DNA of 64,000 nucleotides from the human T2T-CHM13v2.0 reference genome, Homo sapiens (GCF_009914755.1 NC_060927.1), one strand, 5' to 3'. Positions 16,283 to 30,167 are shown, counted from the first letter of the stretch. The notes: a model not told the origin generated them from the letters alone. Made by a program: numbers and translations.

Positions 16283-17061
16283 TAACCATAGAAGGAAATC
16301 CAGGTTAGCTTTTGTTTTTGCAAATGGACACATTTCCTTGCTGAATTTGTGGCTTTATACATGTGGCATTTTCTGTAATTTGCTATTAAAGCAACTCTTA
16401 AGTGCAGAAGTTAAAAATAAGATTTATTTTATCTTGACCTTTTGTGAATGTGTCATTTTCTTAGATGTATATTATCTCTCTTTCTTGAATAAGCACAGAT
16501 GGACAAATTAAAAAGAAAAGGAAAAATAAAATAAGATGTATATTATCTCTCTCATTTTAGCTTTATTTGCATAATTACTTTATTGTTATCTTTAATTTAT
16601 CCCTCTTAATTACCTTGCCTGTACCTTTCTTGACTTAAATCTCAAGGGAGAAGGTGTTTATTACATTTCATAAGGCCTCCTGGAAAACACTACTCTCAGC
16701 ATATCATTAAGGTGTCCAAAGGAAAGTCGTATTCACATTTTCTCAGAAGAAGCACTTCTGAGTGCTTGAGCTGGGGCTACAGAGCGGAGTGGGGATGAGG
16801 AGGGAAGGCTGTCAATGGTGTTCACTCCACGAAGTGGAAAGATTTGGTTTCTGGTTGCGACTGTCAAATGAAATAATTTTCAAATAGGATTTCCACTTGG
16901 AATAAAACAGAAATGTTTCTCTTTGGCTTTTAATTATTTTAAACTAAGAGTAGTGAGCAGAAATCTTAATCTAAAGGAATTAAATGGCTAAAATGCGTCT
17001 GTATTTTTCTCAAATATTTTCCAATAAGCAGTGCTAAAATATCTACTATGTTTGTTTTCAG

Positions 17062-17115
17062 GTCCCTCTAAATGATATGTTTGGTTATTCCACTGAACTT
17101 AGGTCATGCACAGAG
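17062..17115 (+). CDS. GFM1: GFM1 coding exon 17
   Basis: ttttcag acceptor and gtaggc donor; 54 nt, [18 protein letters not shown] (EF-G VPLxxMFGYxTxLRS motif). Confidence 0.97.
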
Positions 17116-17258
17116 GTAGGCAAATTTAAACTTACCCTTCAAAAGACCACCCTACAGAATGATCATATTATAAAATCTTGACCTTGTATGACTTTTACTT
17201 GATAGTTTAAAAAACAAACAAACAAACAAAAAACCCTCTCTTTTTTTTAAATCCCTAG

Positions 17259-17390
<132 letters not shown>

Positions 17391-17461
17391 CTTTGCTTAC
17401 TGTGAGTTGACTGACTCTAATTGAATCTGCGTGGTTTTGATACTTTGATGGATTCCAGTGG

Positions 17462-18480
17462 AATAAATTCAGGCTGCTGAAACAAGAAATTCTGAGCCCA
17501 GGAAGCGGGCTCTTCTTTCTTCAAAAGAAGCCCTTCTTGTTCATATTCAGGAGCTTCTGTTATATTCAAAGGTAATTCTATGTCTATCTCAACTCTATTG
17601 ATTGGTTTTATAGTTCATTGAAAATCCTCAAATAAAATATAATTATTACTGAAATATGTTTAATATTTAAGGGGAAAAGAGACTAATTTCAGTTATACTT
17701 TTAAGCTTAGAATGTATGTTCATTTCCAAATTTTGTATCATAAGAGTTTTCAACATAGAGAAAAGCTGAAAAAATGCAAAGAATAACCACATACTTTCCA
17801 TCTACCTTCCTTTGTTAACGGGTTGTTTATCATATAATAATTTGTTTTGTCATATTTGCTTTCACTGTCTATTATCTGTTTAAGTCTCATAACTCTATTT
17901 TTAGTTTGCTGAAGACTTGAAAGTGAATCGCATATATCATGACACTTCTTGGAGTGTCATTAATGGGCAGGCTTTTCTGTTGAAGAGTGGATTCCGTATG
18001 TTCTTCATAGAGAGTGTTTTTCAGATTCTTCATTGGGATATTAAAATATTAGCCAAATTTCTCTCTGTTTTATATATGTCTGTTTATTTCAGTTTGTGGT
18101 TTCTGCAAATTTGTAACTGCCTCTGTTTTAGGAGTATAAGTATTACTTCCTTGTGGTCTATTGTGAAGTAAAAAGTAGACCCTTGCATATACTATTCTTG
18201 TTTGTGTTCATCTTAATGTTTTTGTACAGCTAAATCAAATGTAATTTATAGAGTTAGTTTCATCAACCTAATGAATGCTAGTTAAATTTGAATTCCTTGG
18301 AATTTATCGTATATTGTATTCACTGAGATTATGAAGGGACAAATGTTAATCTTTTGTTTCCAGAAAAAGTTGGGCTTTCCCAAGCAGTTCTATTACCCGG
18401 TTCAGAATTGCTTCATCCAAAAATCATCTGATGGTATAGATGGATCCTAGTCCTTTTCATTACCTGATGGTAGAAATAAA
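17462..18480 (+). terminator. GFM1: Candidate proximal GFM1 poly(A) signals (AATAAA at 17462, 17631 and 18475)
   Basis: Canonical hexamers downstream of the stop; the 18475 signal is followed by U-rich sequence. Usage cannot be determined from sequence. Confidence 0.55.
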
Positions 18481-18605
18481 ATAATTGATTTTAAATTCCT
18501 TTGCTTTTCTTGACTTATAGACGTGGCTTTATACTTTAAGGTTTCTAGGGGAAAAAGATCTTTAAAAAGTATTGAGCACATGTTTTCAAGGCATTTGCTA
18601 AATAC

Positions 18606-18914
18606 TTTTTTTTTTTTAATTTTTATTTTTTTGTGGTAGGGTCTCACTCTATCCCCCAGGCTGGAATGCAGAGGGACTATCTCTGCTCACTACAACCTCT
18701 GCTTCCTGGGTTCAAGCAATTATCCCATCTCAGCTGCCTAAGTAGGTGGGACTACAGGTGTGCGCCACCACTCCCTGCTAATTTTTTGCATTTTTTGAAG
18801 AGATAGGGTTTTGCCATATTGCCCAGGCTGGTCTCAAACTCCTGGGCTCAAGCTCTCTGCCTGCCCCAGCCTCCCAAAGTGCTGGGATTATGGGCATGAA
18901 CCACCATGCCTGGC
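18606..18914 (-). mobile_element. AluJ-like
   Basis: Reverse Alu; tgctaaatacttt duplication on both sides. Confidence 0.92.
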
Positions 18915-19964
18915 TGCTAAATACTTTAAATGCATTGTATAATTTCATTCTCACAACCCCGAGAGTAAGTACTATTATTATGTCCATTTTGTAATAGAAG
19001 AAGCACAGATAAGGTAAATAACTTTAATGAGACCACAAAACCTAAGTTTTTTAATTGATACTTTAATTACAATTATTCACCAAGTGCATTTCCCCCATGA
19101 ATGTCTGTTGCTACAGTAGCATCAGGTCTGAAAAAATGTGGTTGCTTTGGCATTTCCTCAGCATCTTGTGACATTCACAATAACTTTGAATATTGTTCCT
19201 AATGAGGAAATACATTCTGTGTACCTTCATGGAATTTAGCATGATTCCTATGGCTATTGAGAATAGTCACAACTACTGGAACTAAACTGGATAAATAAGT
19301 AAAAAACTTACTTATTTTTAATTTGTAAAACATCCTGGTTATAATGTTACAGTGTTAGAAAAGGTCCTAGATATTTAATCCAACACCAGCATTTCATAGG
19401 TAATGATTCAGGCCTAGCTGGTGGGAGTAATTAGAATAGGTTCACAAATGGACAGATCAGGACTAGAACCCACATCTCTTTCTAAGTCATTAGTTATAGT
19501 TGGCAAAGATCACATACCAACCAAAGTCTGTAGCATGGAAAAAAATTAATGAGAATATTCATAGGTGAGGGTTGTTTATACTACTATCAAGAAGGATAAT
19601 TGTTGGCTAATTCAAATATTACATCCTTGTATTGGACAACAGTAGCAGCACTAGGTAGTATTGTACTGATTCCCAACCCTCACTGTACTTTAAAAATCAC
19701 TGGGGGAGCCTTAAAAAGAAATACCTAGGCCTACACCCAGATATTTAGATTATTTGGCTGGATCAAGATAAAAACTTTTTTGGGTGATTCTAATATGCAG
19801 ACAAAGTTAAAGACCGCTGAAATATTGCCTGCACTGCGCTTAAGCCCAAGACATGAAATGAAAAATCTGTGAAATTCAGAAGTGTCATATTGTATTCTTT
19901 TGTGTGATATTAGAGTTTGGTTTTTTTGTTTAACAACTGTTTTTTTTTTTAAGAGATGGGGTCT

Positions 19965-20502
19965 TCTAAGACAAAAACCATCTGACTCAGCAATACCATT
20001 ACTATATACCCAAAGGAACGTAAATCATTCTATTATAAAGACACATGCATGCACACATTCATTGCAGAACTGTTCATAATGGCAAAGATATGGAATCAAC
20101 CTAAATGCCTATCACTGATAGACTGGATAAAGAAAATGTGGTACATACACATTGTGGAATACTATGCAGCCATAAAAAAAGAATGAGATCAAGTCCTTTG
20201 CAGGGACATAGATGGAGCTGGAAGCCATTATCCTCATCAAACTAACATAGGAAAAGAAAACCAAATACTGCATGTTCTCACTTATAAGTGGGAGCTAAAT
20301 AATGAGAACACATGGACACACAGAGGGGAACAACACACACTGGGGCCTATTGGAGGATGGAGGGTGGGTGGAGGGAGAGGATCAGGAAAAATAACTAATG
20401 GGTACTAGGCTTAATACCTTGATGATGAAATAATCTGTACAACAAACCCCCAGGACACAAGTTTAGCTATGTAACAAGCCTGCACATCAACCCCTGAACT
20501 TA
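19965..20502 (+). mobile_element. 5'-truncated L1 3' end nested in an antisense Alu monomer (about 19941-20620)
   Basis: L1 ORF2-end/3' UTR sequence flanked by aagagatggggtct at 19951-19964 and 20503-20516, which is Alu sequence. Confidence 0.9.
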
Positions 20503-21014
20503 AAGAGATGGGGTCTCGCTGTGTTTCCCAGGCTGCTCACAAATTCATGAGCTCAAGCAGTCCTCTGGCCTCAGCCTCTGGAGTAGCTGGGACAAGAGGC
20601 ACACACCACCATGCCTGGCTTGATAACTTTACCTTAAAAAAAAAAGTGTTCCTATTTATATAAGCTTCCAACTGACTTTCAAAAGAACTTGTTCAACTTC
20701 TAAAAATTCGTAATTCAGGTAGGAAGAAAATGAAAGTATGAATAAAATAAAATGGAATGTAGACAAAATCCCTGGTATTATTTTATATGTCTTAAGAAAG
20801 TTCTAAAGGTATTAGGAAAATGAATGTCAAGCTGTATGTAATTGTAATTAGCTAAGAGTGATTCAGAATAATTTAGACTGTTAATGAAAAGAGGACATAG
20901 GGAATAGTTTTTCATTTTATGCCAAGTGATTTTTCTGTTTTATTAGCTAGTGAAACCAATGTTGGTAAAATTAAGTTAACAATTTTAGAGTTTGTGCTAG
21001 AAAAGATATTCTGA

Positions 21015-21332
21015 GGCCGGATGTGGTGGCTCACGCCTGTAATTCCAGCACTTTGGGAGGCCAAGGTGGGTGGATAACCTGAGGTCAGGAGTTCGAGACC
21101 ACCCTGGCCAACACGGTGAAACCCCGTCTCTACTATAAATACAAAAATCGTCCGGGCGGGGTGGCTCACGCCTGTAGCCCCAGCTGCTCAGGAGGCTGAG
21201 GCAGGAGGGTCGCTTGAACCCGGAAGGCGGAGGCTATAGTGAGCTGAGATGGCACCACTGCACTCCAGCACTCCAGCACTCCAGCCTAGGCAACAGAGTG
21301 AGACTCTGTCTCAAAAAAAAAAGAAAAAAAAG
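21015..21332 (+). mobile_element. AluS with an internal (CACTCCAG)x3 expansion
   Basis: Alu dimer; target-site duplication aaaagatattctga / aaaagatgttctga. Confidence 0.93.
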
Positions 21333-21469
21333 AAAAGATGTTCTGATGGTGATACTGATAAATTTTTAGTTGGTTTAACTTTTTGGGTTTTGTAAATTAA
21401 TAAATTAGGTAATTGTGTTTGTATATTATTTGTATGTATAGAATTCCCCCTCATAATCTATTGTACTGT

Positions 21470-21475
21470 AATAAA
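21470..21475 (+). terminator. GFM1: Candidate distal GFM1 poly(A) signal
   Basis: AATAAA preceded by several TGTA (CFIm) motifs at 21431-21470 and followed by a GU-rich stretch near 21520-21530. Confidence 0.5.
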
Positions 21476-21562
21476 TCTGCTAAAAGGTTACCTTAGAAAC
21501 ATTACCTGGTTGGATTATGGATGTGTTTGTGAGCCTAATCTCAGTAATGAAAAATGCCTTTA

Positions 21563-21753
21563 GTGGCTCATGCCTGTAATTCCAACACTTTGGGAGGCCG
21601 AGGTGGGAGGATCCCTTTAGCCTAGGAGTTTGAGACCAGCCTGGGCAACATAATCAGCTGGTGTGGGACATCCTGGGATAGATAACCATTTCCTTCCAAA
21701 GTCAAGATAGCTGCCCAGTGAAGATCAAACAAACAAACAAAAAAAGGAAAAAA
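21563..21753 (+). mobile_element. Chimeric Alu left-arm insertion carrying a non-Alu 78-bp segment
   Basis: Alu arm 21563-21652, foreign segment 21655-21732, A-rich tail; flanks gaaaaatgccttta / gaaaaatgcattta. Confidence 0.85.
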
Positions 21754-22119
21754 GAAAAATGCATTTATGGGGATGAGGACTTTGAGAAAGCTCCGACTCT
21801 AGAAAGCTGAAACACCAAGTAAATGCCCTTTTCTAGTCCTTAATGTGACGCTAAAAGATTGATTAAATATCATAGGACATTGAATATACTGTTGTAATGC
21901 TCTTAGGACTTTTTTTGAAGATCATTTGGGGAACTTCAGTTACAGAAATTTATCACTTGATTTTGGCATAATTTAATCATTGTGGATTATTTCTGATAAT
22001 TTACAAGGAGTATCTCTTCATTATCACATAGGTGGGAGAGCTGATGTGTCTTTTAAATGATTGTTTGCAATGCTTCCAAATACCTACAACTCTTTATTTT
22101 TATATATATATATATGTAT

Positions 22120-22398
<279 letters not shown>

Positions 22399-22842
22399 TA
22401 ATTAAAAAAATTTTTTTTAATTGTAAATCAGCTGGATTTTGGGAAGATAAATGCAAAGCATAGGGTTTTAAGTAGAAAAATATATAAACTAGATCAGCTT
22501 ATTTTATTTTATATGAGTTCATGCCTTCTTTAGTGTAAACTTTTCTGATTGTCTAACAGTGCACACTTAGAAGTAATGTTTTGGTATGTTTTAAGGCTGA
22601 TATTTCCTAATCAGTTACTGGCTACAGAACCTGGCTCAAGGTTTTTACACACCGACATAAACATTCCATTAAGTGATACTAATTTTGAGAGGCAAATGAT
22701 GACAACATTTCCTGGATCAATGCCTCCTGCCTTAAGGAGGTACTCCACTGAATTTGATTATTGTACATACTGTGTTTGCCTTTATAAATTACTTAGGCCA
22801 ACACTCAGTCCAAGTTGTCCTTGTAAATGAAAATTGTAAATA

Positions 22843-23055
22843 TTTAATATACTTTCAGTTACATCAGTGTTTCTTTTGATGCATGTTTGCAGACAGCTTT
22901 ATCTGGTGAGACAGACGTTCTATTATTTGTAAAATTTAAGTTAAGCAATATTACCATTTCATTTAATTCCAGTTTAGCACAAATTTTTCCTTTGTATACA
23001 AATCTTCACGAGAACATTCAACACATTTCATTATTTAGAAATGTAAACATTTATT
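22843..23055 (-). terminator. RARRES1: Candidate RARRES1 long-isoform poly(A) signals (AATAAA 23050-23055; ATTAAA 22843-22848)
   Basis: TTTATT and TTTAAT on the + strand, 550-750 nt downstream of the stop codon. Confidence 0.55.
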
Positions 23056-23600
23056 TAAAAGTAGGTAGCAAGTTAAAAATGAATACTTGCCTGAAATCAT
23101 AAAACATAATCAAGTTCTTTTTAAAACAGTTAATTTTTTTCCTATAATTTACTTTCATCGAAAGTATATTATCTTTGTTTAACATGCTAGATAGAAGCAA
23201 TTTAGCAACATAAAATATATTAGCTATAGTATGTTCAAAAGAATGAGAAATATAAATTCAGAGATGAGACCATCATTTTTTGCAGTTAAAAAAAAAATGC
23301 TGATTCTGGTGCAACATACACTGATTATCCAGGTTTTACATTTTAGGGCTGAAACCCTGAGGAACCTGCTGGTGACTGTTTAGCACTGAGCAGAGTTCAG
23401 TGTGCATGCGCTTCCAGAGTTAAAAGCTAAAGCAGACTGAGAAACAAAAAACCAACATCTTTGCATTTCTGAGTTTTTACTTGTAATCATAGGTTTTCCC
23501 AAATTATTAGAATGTCTATACCTTAGCTGTTTTACTAGAAGAATGATTTATGCTAGTATAGTCACTTGTTTAGAAGTCGGAAAAAGATCATTTTTTCTTT

Positions 23601-23750
23601 TTAGAAATTACTAAGCTCTGTTGGTACTACAGCTGATCCTTCTTCAGTTCCGGAGGCTTCTTCTGGTGTCTGTAGCTCTTGACAGTGGTACTTCACTTTA
23701 AGAGGTTTGCCAGGGTACCAGACCAAGTGAATGCGACAGGGAATTATTTC
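23601..23750 (-). CDS. RARRES1: RARRES1 exon 6 coding part
   Basis: tcctag acceptor after an 80-nt intron; EIIPCRIHLVWYPGKPLKVKYHCQELQTPEEASGTEEGSAVVPTELSNF-TAA; the six exons sum to 294 codons plus stop. Confidence 0.96.
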   Translation of the reverse strand, partial: EIIPCRIHLVWYPGKPLKVKYHCQELQTPEEASGTEEGSAVVPTELSNF

Positions 23751-23830
23751 CTAGGAAATAGAGTTATAAAATATTATAATCTGCAAAAACTTATGGTAAA
23801 AACAATTCTACATACAATGTTATGTTTTAC

Positions 23831-23893
23831 CTGTGTTGATAATTCATGAAGTAGAACAGTATAATCAAAATCAATTGTATCATCATTAGTTTT
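23831..23893 (-). CDS. RARRES1: RARRES1 exon 5
   Basis: ctctag acceptor and gtaaaa donor; 63 nt, KTNDDTIDFDYTVLLHELSTQ. Confidence 0.95.
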
Positions 23894-24704
23894 CTAGAGG
23901 GAGAAAAAAGAGTTAGTGTAATAAATATGGTGGTATTTAGTGTAATAACTATACAATACATTCTTGTTTTGAATGGGTGCCTTGTGTCTCCTACTGCCTT
24001 TTCGATTTCAGCCTCACGGTTTTTGGTGGTATTTTGCTTCAAGATATGGAAGTCATGGATCCTCATTTTTGTCTTGTCACTGAGTTATATGAAAGTCTGG
24101 TTGAATGTCTGTCACTTTTTCTGATGGAGACCAAAGTCTGTGGGAATAGGGAGATTCTTTTAACAACCTTAAGGATCTAGATACTGTATATATACCTCAA
24201 GCTGATATATTAGCCCTGATATGACAGGCAATAAGACAAGGGGAGGGGCAATCAGTAATTCTAGAAGGTCCACCATGGGCTGGGTTCTGTGCTAGGCACC
24301 TTCTACATGTTCTCATCTAATTCTCCTTTACAATCTGTGTATTATGAGCCTGGTTTTACAGGAGAGGTAATTTGAGATTACAGCTAGGAAGGGACAAATG
24401 GGAATTCCAACCCAGATCTACTGACTCCAACACCCACATTCTTCATATATACCACATGAAGCTATACACGCTGTTTCTAAAACCAGTGCATTGGATATTT
24501 TTCAGTAGGCAGGCAGTTGTCTTCATCTCTTTTATTCACATCGTTTCTGTACATTTTACTAGTGACTAAACCAACTCCATATTTTCTTTCTGACATTTCC
24601 TTTTTTTTTTTGCAAGAGTGCTTATCTGTTCACTAGTAAAAATGGAAGAAAGAACATTTTTTAAAAATACCTTAATTTGGATTATAATTTGAGTCTTTTC
24701 CTAC

Positions 24705-25313
24705 TATAACTGAGTACTCCATTTTTCTAAGAGAAAGAGAATGAGTTACTTAAAAAACAATTTTTTTCTTTTCTCTTTCAGCCTTTTTCCCTGTTCTCTA
24801 CTTCCTGCTTAGCTCTTTAGAAATGGAATCATAACTTTTACCTTCCCTTTTACCAGACACTCCCTGCATGGCAAGCTTATGTATGTGCTCACTTCAATGC
24901 TTGAGAGCTGGGACTCTCTCCCACCAGGAGAAGGCCTTAAGAGACAACAGTCAATTTACAACCTCAGTTAGGCCCATGAGGGAACTCTGTCCAAGTGTCT
25001 TGAAACAATGGCCATTTTACAATCTAGCTCTGCCCACAATGGCGTCAGCTTGACCATCGGGTAGATAAGGCACCCAAGAAGTCACATAGACCGTGCACCT
25101 GCTTGCTCCCTCTTCTGCATGCCATTTATGCCAAGTCCCCCTGTAAAAGCCCTTGTTTTTTGTCCCAGAAGGGAAACAGTACCTTAAAGGCAGGAGCCTA
25201 TACTTCTTCCCCTAAGCTAGCTTTGGAATAAAGTCACTTTCTTCGTACCAGACCTCACTCTTGTGAATTGGATTCTGCAAGCAGCAAGTGATTAAACTTG
25301 TATTTTCGTTACA
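24705..25313 (+). mobile_element. Solo ERV1-class LTR (MER66-like)
   Basis: Starts tataactgagtactcc (degenerate TGTAAC), has an internal AATAAA near 25228 and ends ttttcgttaca; 4-bp flanks ctac/ttac. Subfamily is from recall. Confidence 0.7.
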
Positions 25314-25961
25314 TTACCAGGTTTCTATTAAGAATACTAAAGAATACAAAAAAGCAACCCCCCCCCCACCAAAAAAGTTTAGACTCCCCTTTGCCTACAT
25401 TGATGGAGATTTTTACCAGCCGTGAAATGGCCAGTAGGTGAAGTCTGGAGGGAAGATACAGGCTGGAATCCTAGTATTTGTTTTAAGCTCTGCCTCTTCT
25501 TTGCCTCGCTGAAGACTGCCATGATTTCCTTCAGAAATGCCTGAAGGAAAGGAGGCATTTCCTTCCCCAGAGGGCCTGGATAAATCAGAAATCAACTGCA
25601 TTTTCTATGATTCTTCTTGGCAATAGTCAGTAGGTTTCCCTCGTCTCTCACAGTGTACCCACGAATGTTCAAAGCAAACATCTGAGGCACAAGCTGGAAA
25701 GTCAGAGAATTCATGAGAGAAAATTCAGTGTCTCTTTCTTAAGGGAACAGTTACTGGAGGTTCCAGTGATCAGTCTGGCATTGTCGCTTTGAGGGTGTGT
25801 TTAGCCTTGTTAGACCTTCATTTGGTGGCTGTCTTGACCTTGGAAGGACATGATTATCTATCCCAAGATGTCCCACACCAGCTGGATATTTGTCTCAGAC
25901 TTTTGTGCTGTCTGCACTATTTTTCAAGTCTTGACTGTTTACCATGTATTTTTATAATTTA

Positions 25962-26125
<164 letters not shown>

Positions 26126-26162
<37 letters not shown>
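26126..26162. repeat. (TG)n(TA)n compound microsatellite
   Basis: Directly visible. Confidence 0.95.
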
Positions 26163-26163
<1 letters not shown>

Positions 26164-27919
26164 ATTGGTTTTACTTATACACTTAAAATGTTTTTTTGAG
26201 AACAATGCCTTATTCTGCGTTTGAAAATGGCATTTCTGAAGGAAATCATGGCAGTCTCCATTGAGGCAAAAAAGAGGCAGAGCTTAAAACAAATGTTAGG
26301 ATTCCAGCCCCATTTGACAGACTATTTTGGTAAAAGCACAAAGAGTGTTACCCATTTTTAAATACAAAATGTGAGTCGTGATAATGCTGGTAAAACCCTC
26401 TATCATTTGATTGAGAACTTCCTCAATAAAGTTATCGAAACATCCCCTTACATTTTTGTTTTTATAGATTCCTCCTCCTTTAGGAGGAACCACCTTTAAA
26501 CCAAACCAAAAAGCACAGCTTATTTAAAAAAATGCAGAAGAGGACATTGCACATCCCAGCCTGGCAAAGGATGCCAAGATTGGACTGCCCTCCCCATGTC
26601 AAGCTCTGCCAAGAAGTCATTATTTTTAATATTATTCAGAAATTATCTTTTTGGCTTCAATTCAGATCATCACAAGTGCCAAATCTTGTAGCCCAAATGG
26701 ATGATGATTTGTTGTTACATTTCCTGGTAACTCAGCACTTAATCTTGTTGCAGACAGACTGGAAGTGTTTTGTTTGTTCCCTTTTACTTGGTCATAACCC
26801 AACCCACCCCATGCCCCTCCACCCTGCTTCCCCCAAAAGGGAGCAAAGGATCTCTAACAGAACTAGGGTGGTTTTAGTAGAGAAGAATTAGATTTGTTAG
26901 TAATAGAAGTTATCAAAAGTAGATTTCAGCATAATAGATAAGGTAGATAGGATGGTTTCTATATGTAGCTTTGGCTAATGGAGACTTCTACTTAATGTGA
27001 AGATGAGCTGACTGATAGTGATGTGCTGCAGGTTAGATAGTTTGGGGTGCTTACAAACCTGGTACTGATTGATAAGAGTTAGAACAATACTCAGCTTGAC
27101 GTTTCTCAATTCATATTAAAGGCTAAAGGTACGGGCTTATCCATTTTTTTCCCTAGCCAGCATATATCCCGTGTTCTTGGCACTGTCCTCATAGTATTGG
27201 GAATGACATCTATTCTTCAGTTCTAAGGAAAGAGTTGTGCCAGTAAGATGTGTCTTACTTTATATTTGCATTTCAGTCTTTCTTTTTTTTTTTTGCACAC
27301 TCTTCCCTCAGGCCTTGTTCATTTGGGGCTGTGAGTTTATAAGCTTGTACTTCTTTACACAATTGCATTAAAAGGTGAAATTAGCCCTGAGTATCAAGAT
27401 AGTAATTCCCAGAAAGTTTTTGGAAAAATTATAATCTTCATACTTTTTTTGAGCTACCTTGGGCCAAGAGCACCTCCAGTCACTTCCTGCCTCCGTGCCA
27501 TACTGGCTTTCTCAGCCCTAGTGTCCTGTTGCTAGTCTCTCAGAACAGTATTTAGACCTTCTGCTCATAGTGTCTTTTTAAAAATCATTGCTTGTTGCTT
27601 GTGTTGCTTCTTTTGATGAAGGGTCACAGGAGACCTTAGTGGCCACTGAATAGCAGAATTTGAAAATCTTTGTGGATATGTGCATACTTTTCTTTAAAAG
27701 AACTCTAAGCTGAAATGCGTGTCAGCCTTGAAACCAAATATCCTAATTGCTCCAGGGATTTAAATTTGTATTAGTTTAACTTCAATCCGTTTGTGAGTCC
27801 TCATTTAATAGGCCCTAAGAGATGAAATGATTTGCCTTGGATGACTCAGCTGCATATTCAACTATTATTTATCTAACACCCAGACATCGCAGGGGGAAAA
27901 AAAAATCTAAAACTCTTAG

Positions 27920-28260
<341 letters not shown>

Positions 28261-28999
28261 TGCATTTCTGCTTTTTAACTTTCTAGTTACTTGTATGTCC
28301 TCGCTTTCGTACGTGCAGTTTGGTTGAGAGATGTTAGTGGACAGATGATGGACATGAAAGACGGGTTAGAATGGGAGGGAAATACACCTGCTATTTTTGT
28401 ACCCTAGTATGTCCTAGTGGTAAAAATGTGTCATATGCAACTGCAAAAGAAAGGGGAACATGTTAAATGTCCTAGTTTTTTCTGTTATCTCAATGTGTTG
28501 CTCTATTCCTATTAAGTTTTCCTCTCACATTTACTACAATTAGTTCTATATTATCTTGACACCATTTTCTACGCTTAAAACAACCTCTTCCCCCTAACTT
28601 TAAAATCAGGTACAGTAAAAGCCTCTTGTTGAGGATGTGGTTATCTTGGTAGATGAGAGTGTGTCAGAAACAGGTAGAAACTTACCTAGCAAAAGAACTA
28701 GTACTGTATCTTGACTTGTTATATGGCAACAATCAATTAGATGATAATTTCTATTTAAAAGCATTCTATATGGGGAAAGACATGTTCATTTTGATAAGTA
28801 AAGACAAAATCTAGGTTTTTAGTTGATGTGTGTTGTACATGTGGTCTTTGGAAAGCAAACCAAACTATGTATTATTGACATTAAAAATGATGACTTAATG
28901 CTGGGTAAATCCTGTACTCAGAAGATACTCACTGATGATCCATCCCTGGGTAAACCTATGAACAAAACGAATTTTTTAAATTGGTGCTTATGATTAGTT

Positions 29000-30130
29000 C
29001 AGCTTGCCTCTCTAATAATCCCAACACCTTTGCTCTCATCCTGCTCTCAGCTTATTACTTTGCCTCGTTTTTCACTGAGAAGACAGAAGCAGTTAGAATA
29101 GAGCTTCCACAAGCTCCTACTTTGATATCTGCCCTCCTAGCACTGGGGCCACTGTTTCCTGCTTTCCCTCTATGTGAACTCTCCGTGTTTCTAATATCAT
29201 CTGGATTAATCACATCCTCTCTGGCCTACTCAAAGATAGTAACTCTAACAACTTTTCCCTCTCTTTCATGCAATTCCTACTTTGCCTCTCTCTGCTGGAC
29301 TTTTTCTCATCGACATATAAACATGCTGTTATGTCTCCCAACCAAAAAAAATGCAAAAACCCTTTCAGCCCTATGCTCACCCATCATCCAGCTGTAGTCC
29401 TCTTCCTTCCTTTTACTCTCCTTTATTATAGCTAAATTTCTTGAAAGGATGGAATGTCCACTTCCTCTCCTCCCATCCTTTCCTGAACCTACCCCAATCT
29501 GCCTTTTGTCCCCACTGTGCCAGTGAGAGGGCTCTTGATAAGCTCTCCCTTCATTGACTTCCAGTTGCTCAATGAAATGGGCAGTTCTCAGTCCTCATCT
29601 TACTTGACTTTCCAGCAGCATTTAGTACTACCAGCCAGTCCTCATCCTTGAAATACTTTCTTTTCCCATATCTCTAACTGCTTAAGTCAGAAGTGTTCCA
29701 TGATCCAGTCCTTACATAACTTACCTTCTTTGTCTACACTCATTATCTGTGATCTCATCCAGTCTTGTGGCTTTAAATACTATATGGTGACAACTACAGC
29801 CGAGACCTCTCCCCTGAACTTCAGACTCTTCTGTCCAGAAGATTATACAAATTCTCTGTTTGGTTATAGAATTTAGAATGCCCCAAATCAAGATAATTCT
29901 CCCTCAATTCTGTTCCTCCTATAAGCTTCCCCAATCGGTAAATGAAAACTGTGTCCTTCTAGTTAATCATACCAAAATCCTAAAAATCATCCTTAACTCC
30001 TCTCATCTCTGATATCCATATCCAACCCATGAGCAAATACTGTCAATCTGCCAGAATCCAAACATCTCTCCAGCCCCATTGCCACCACCCTGGTCCAAGC
30101 CACCACCAGGCCTTGCCTAGAATATTGCAA

Positions 30131-30167
<37 letters not shown>

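Noticed and set aside
28887-28935. C/D-box snoRNA-like ATGATGA...CTGA
   Set aside because: Only 49 nt, no convincing terminal stem, and antisense to the host intron.
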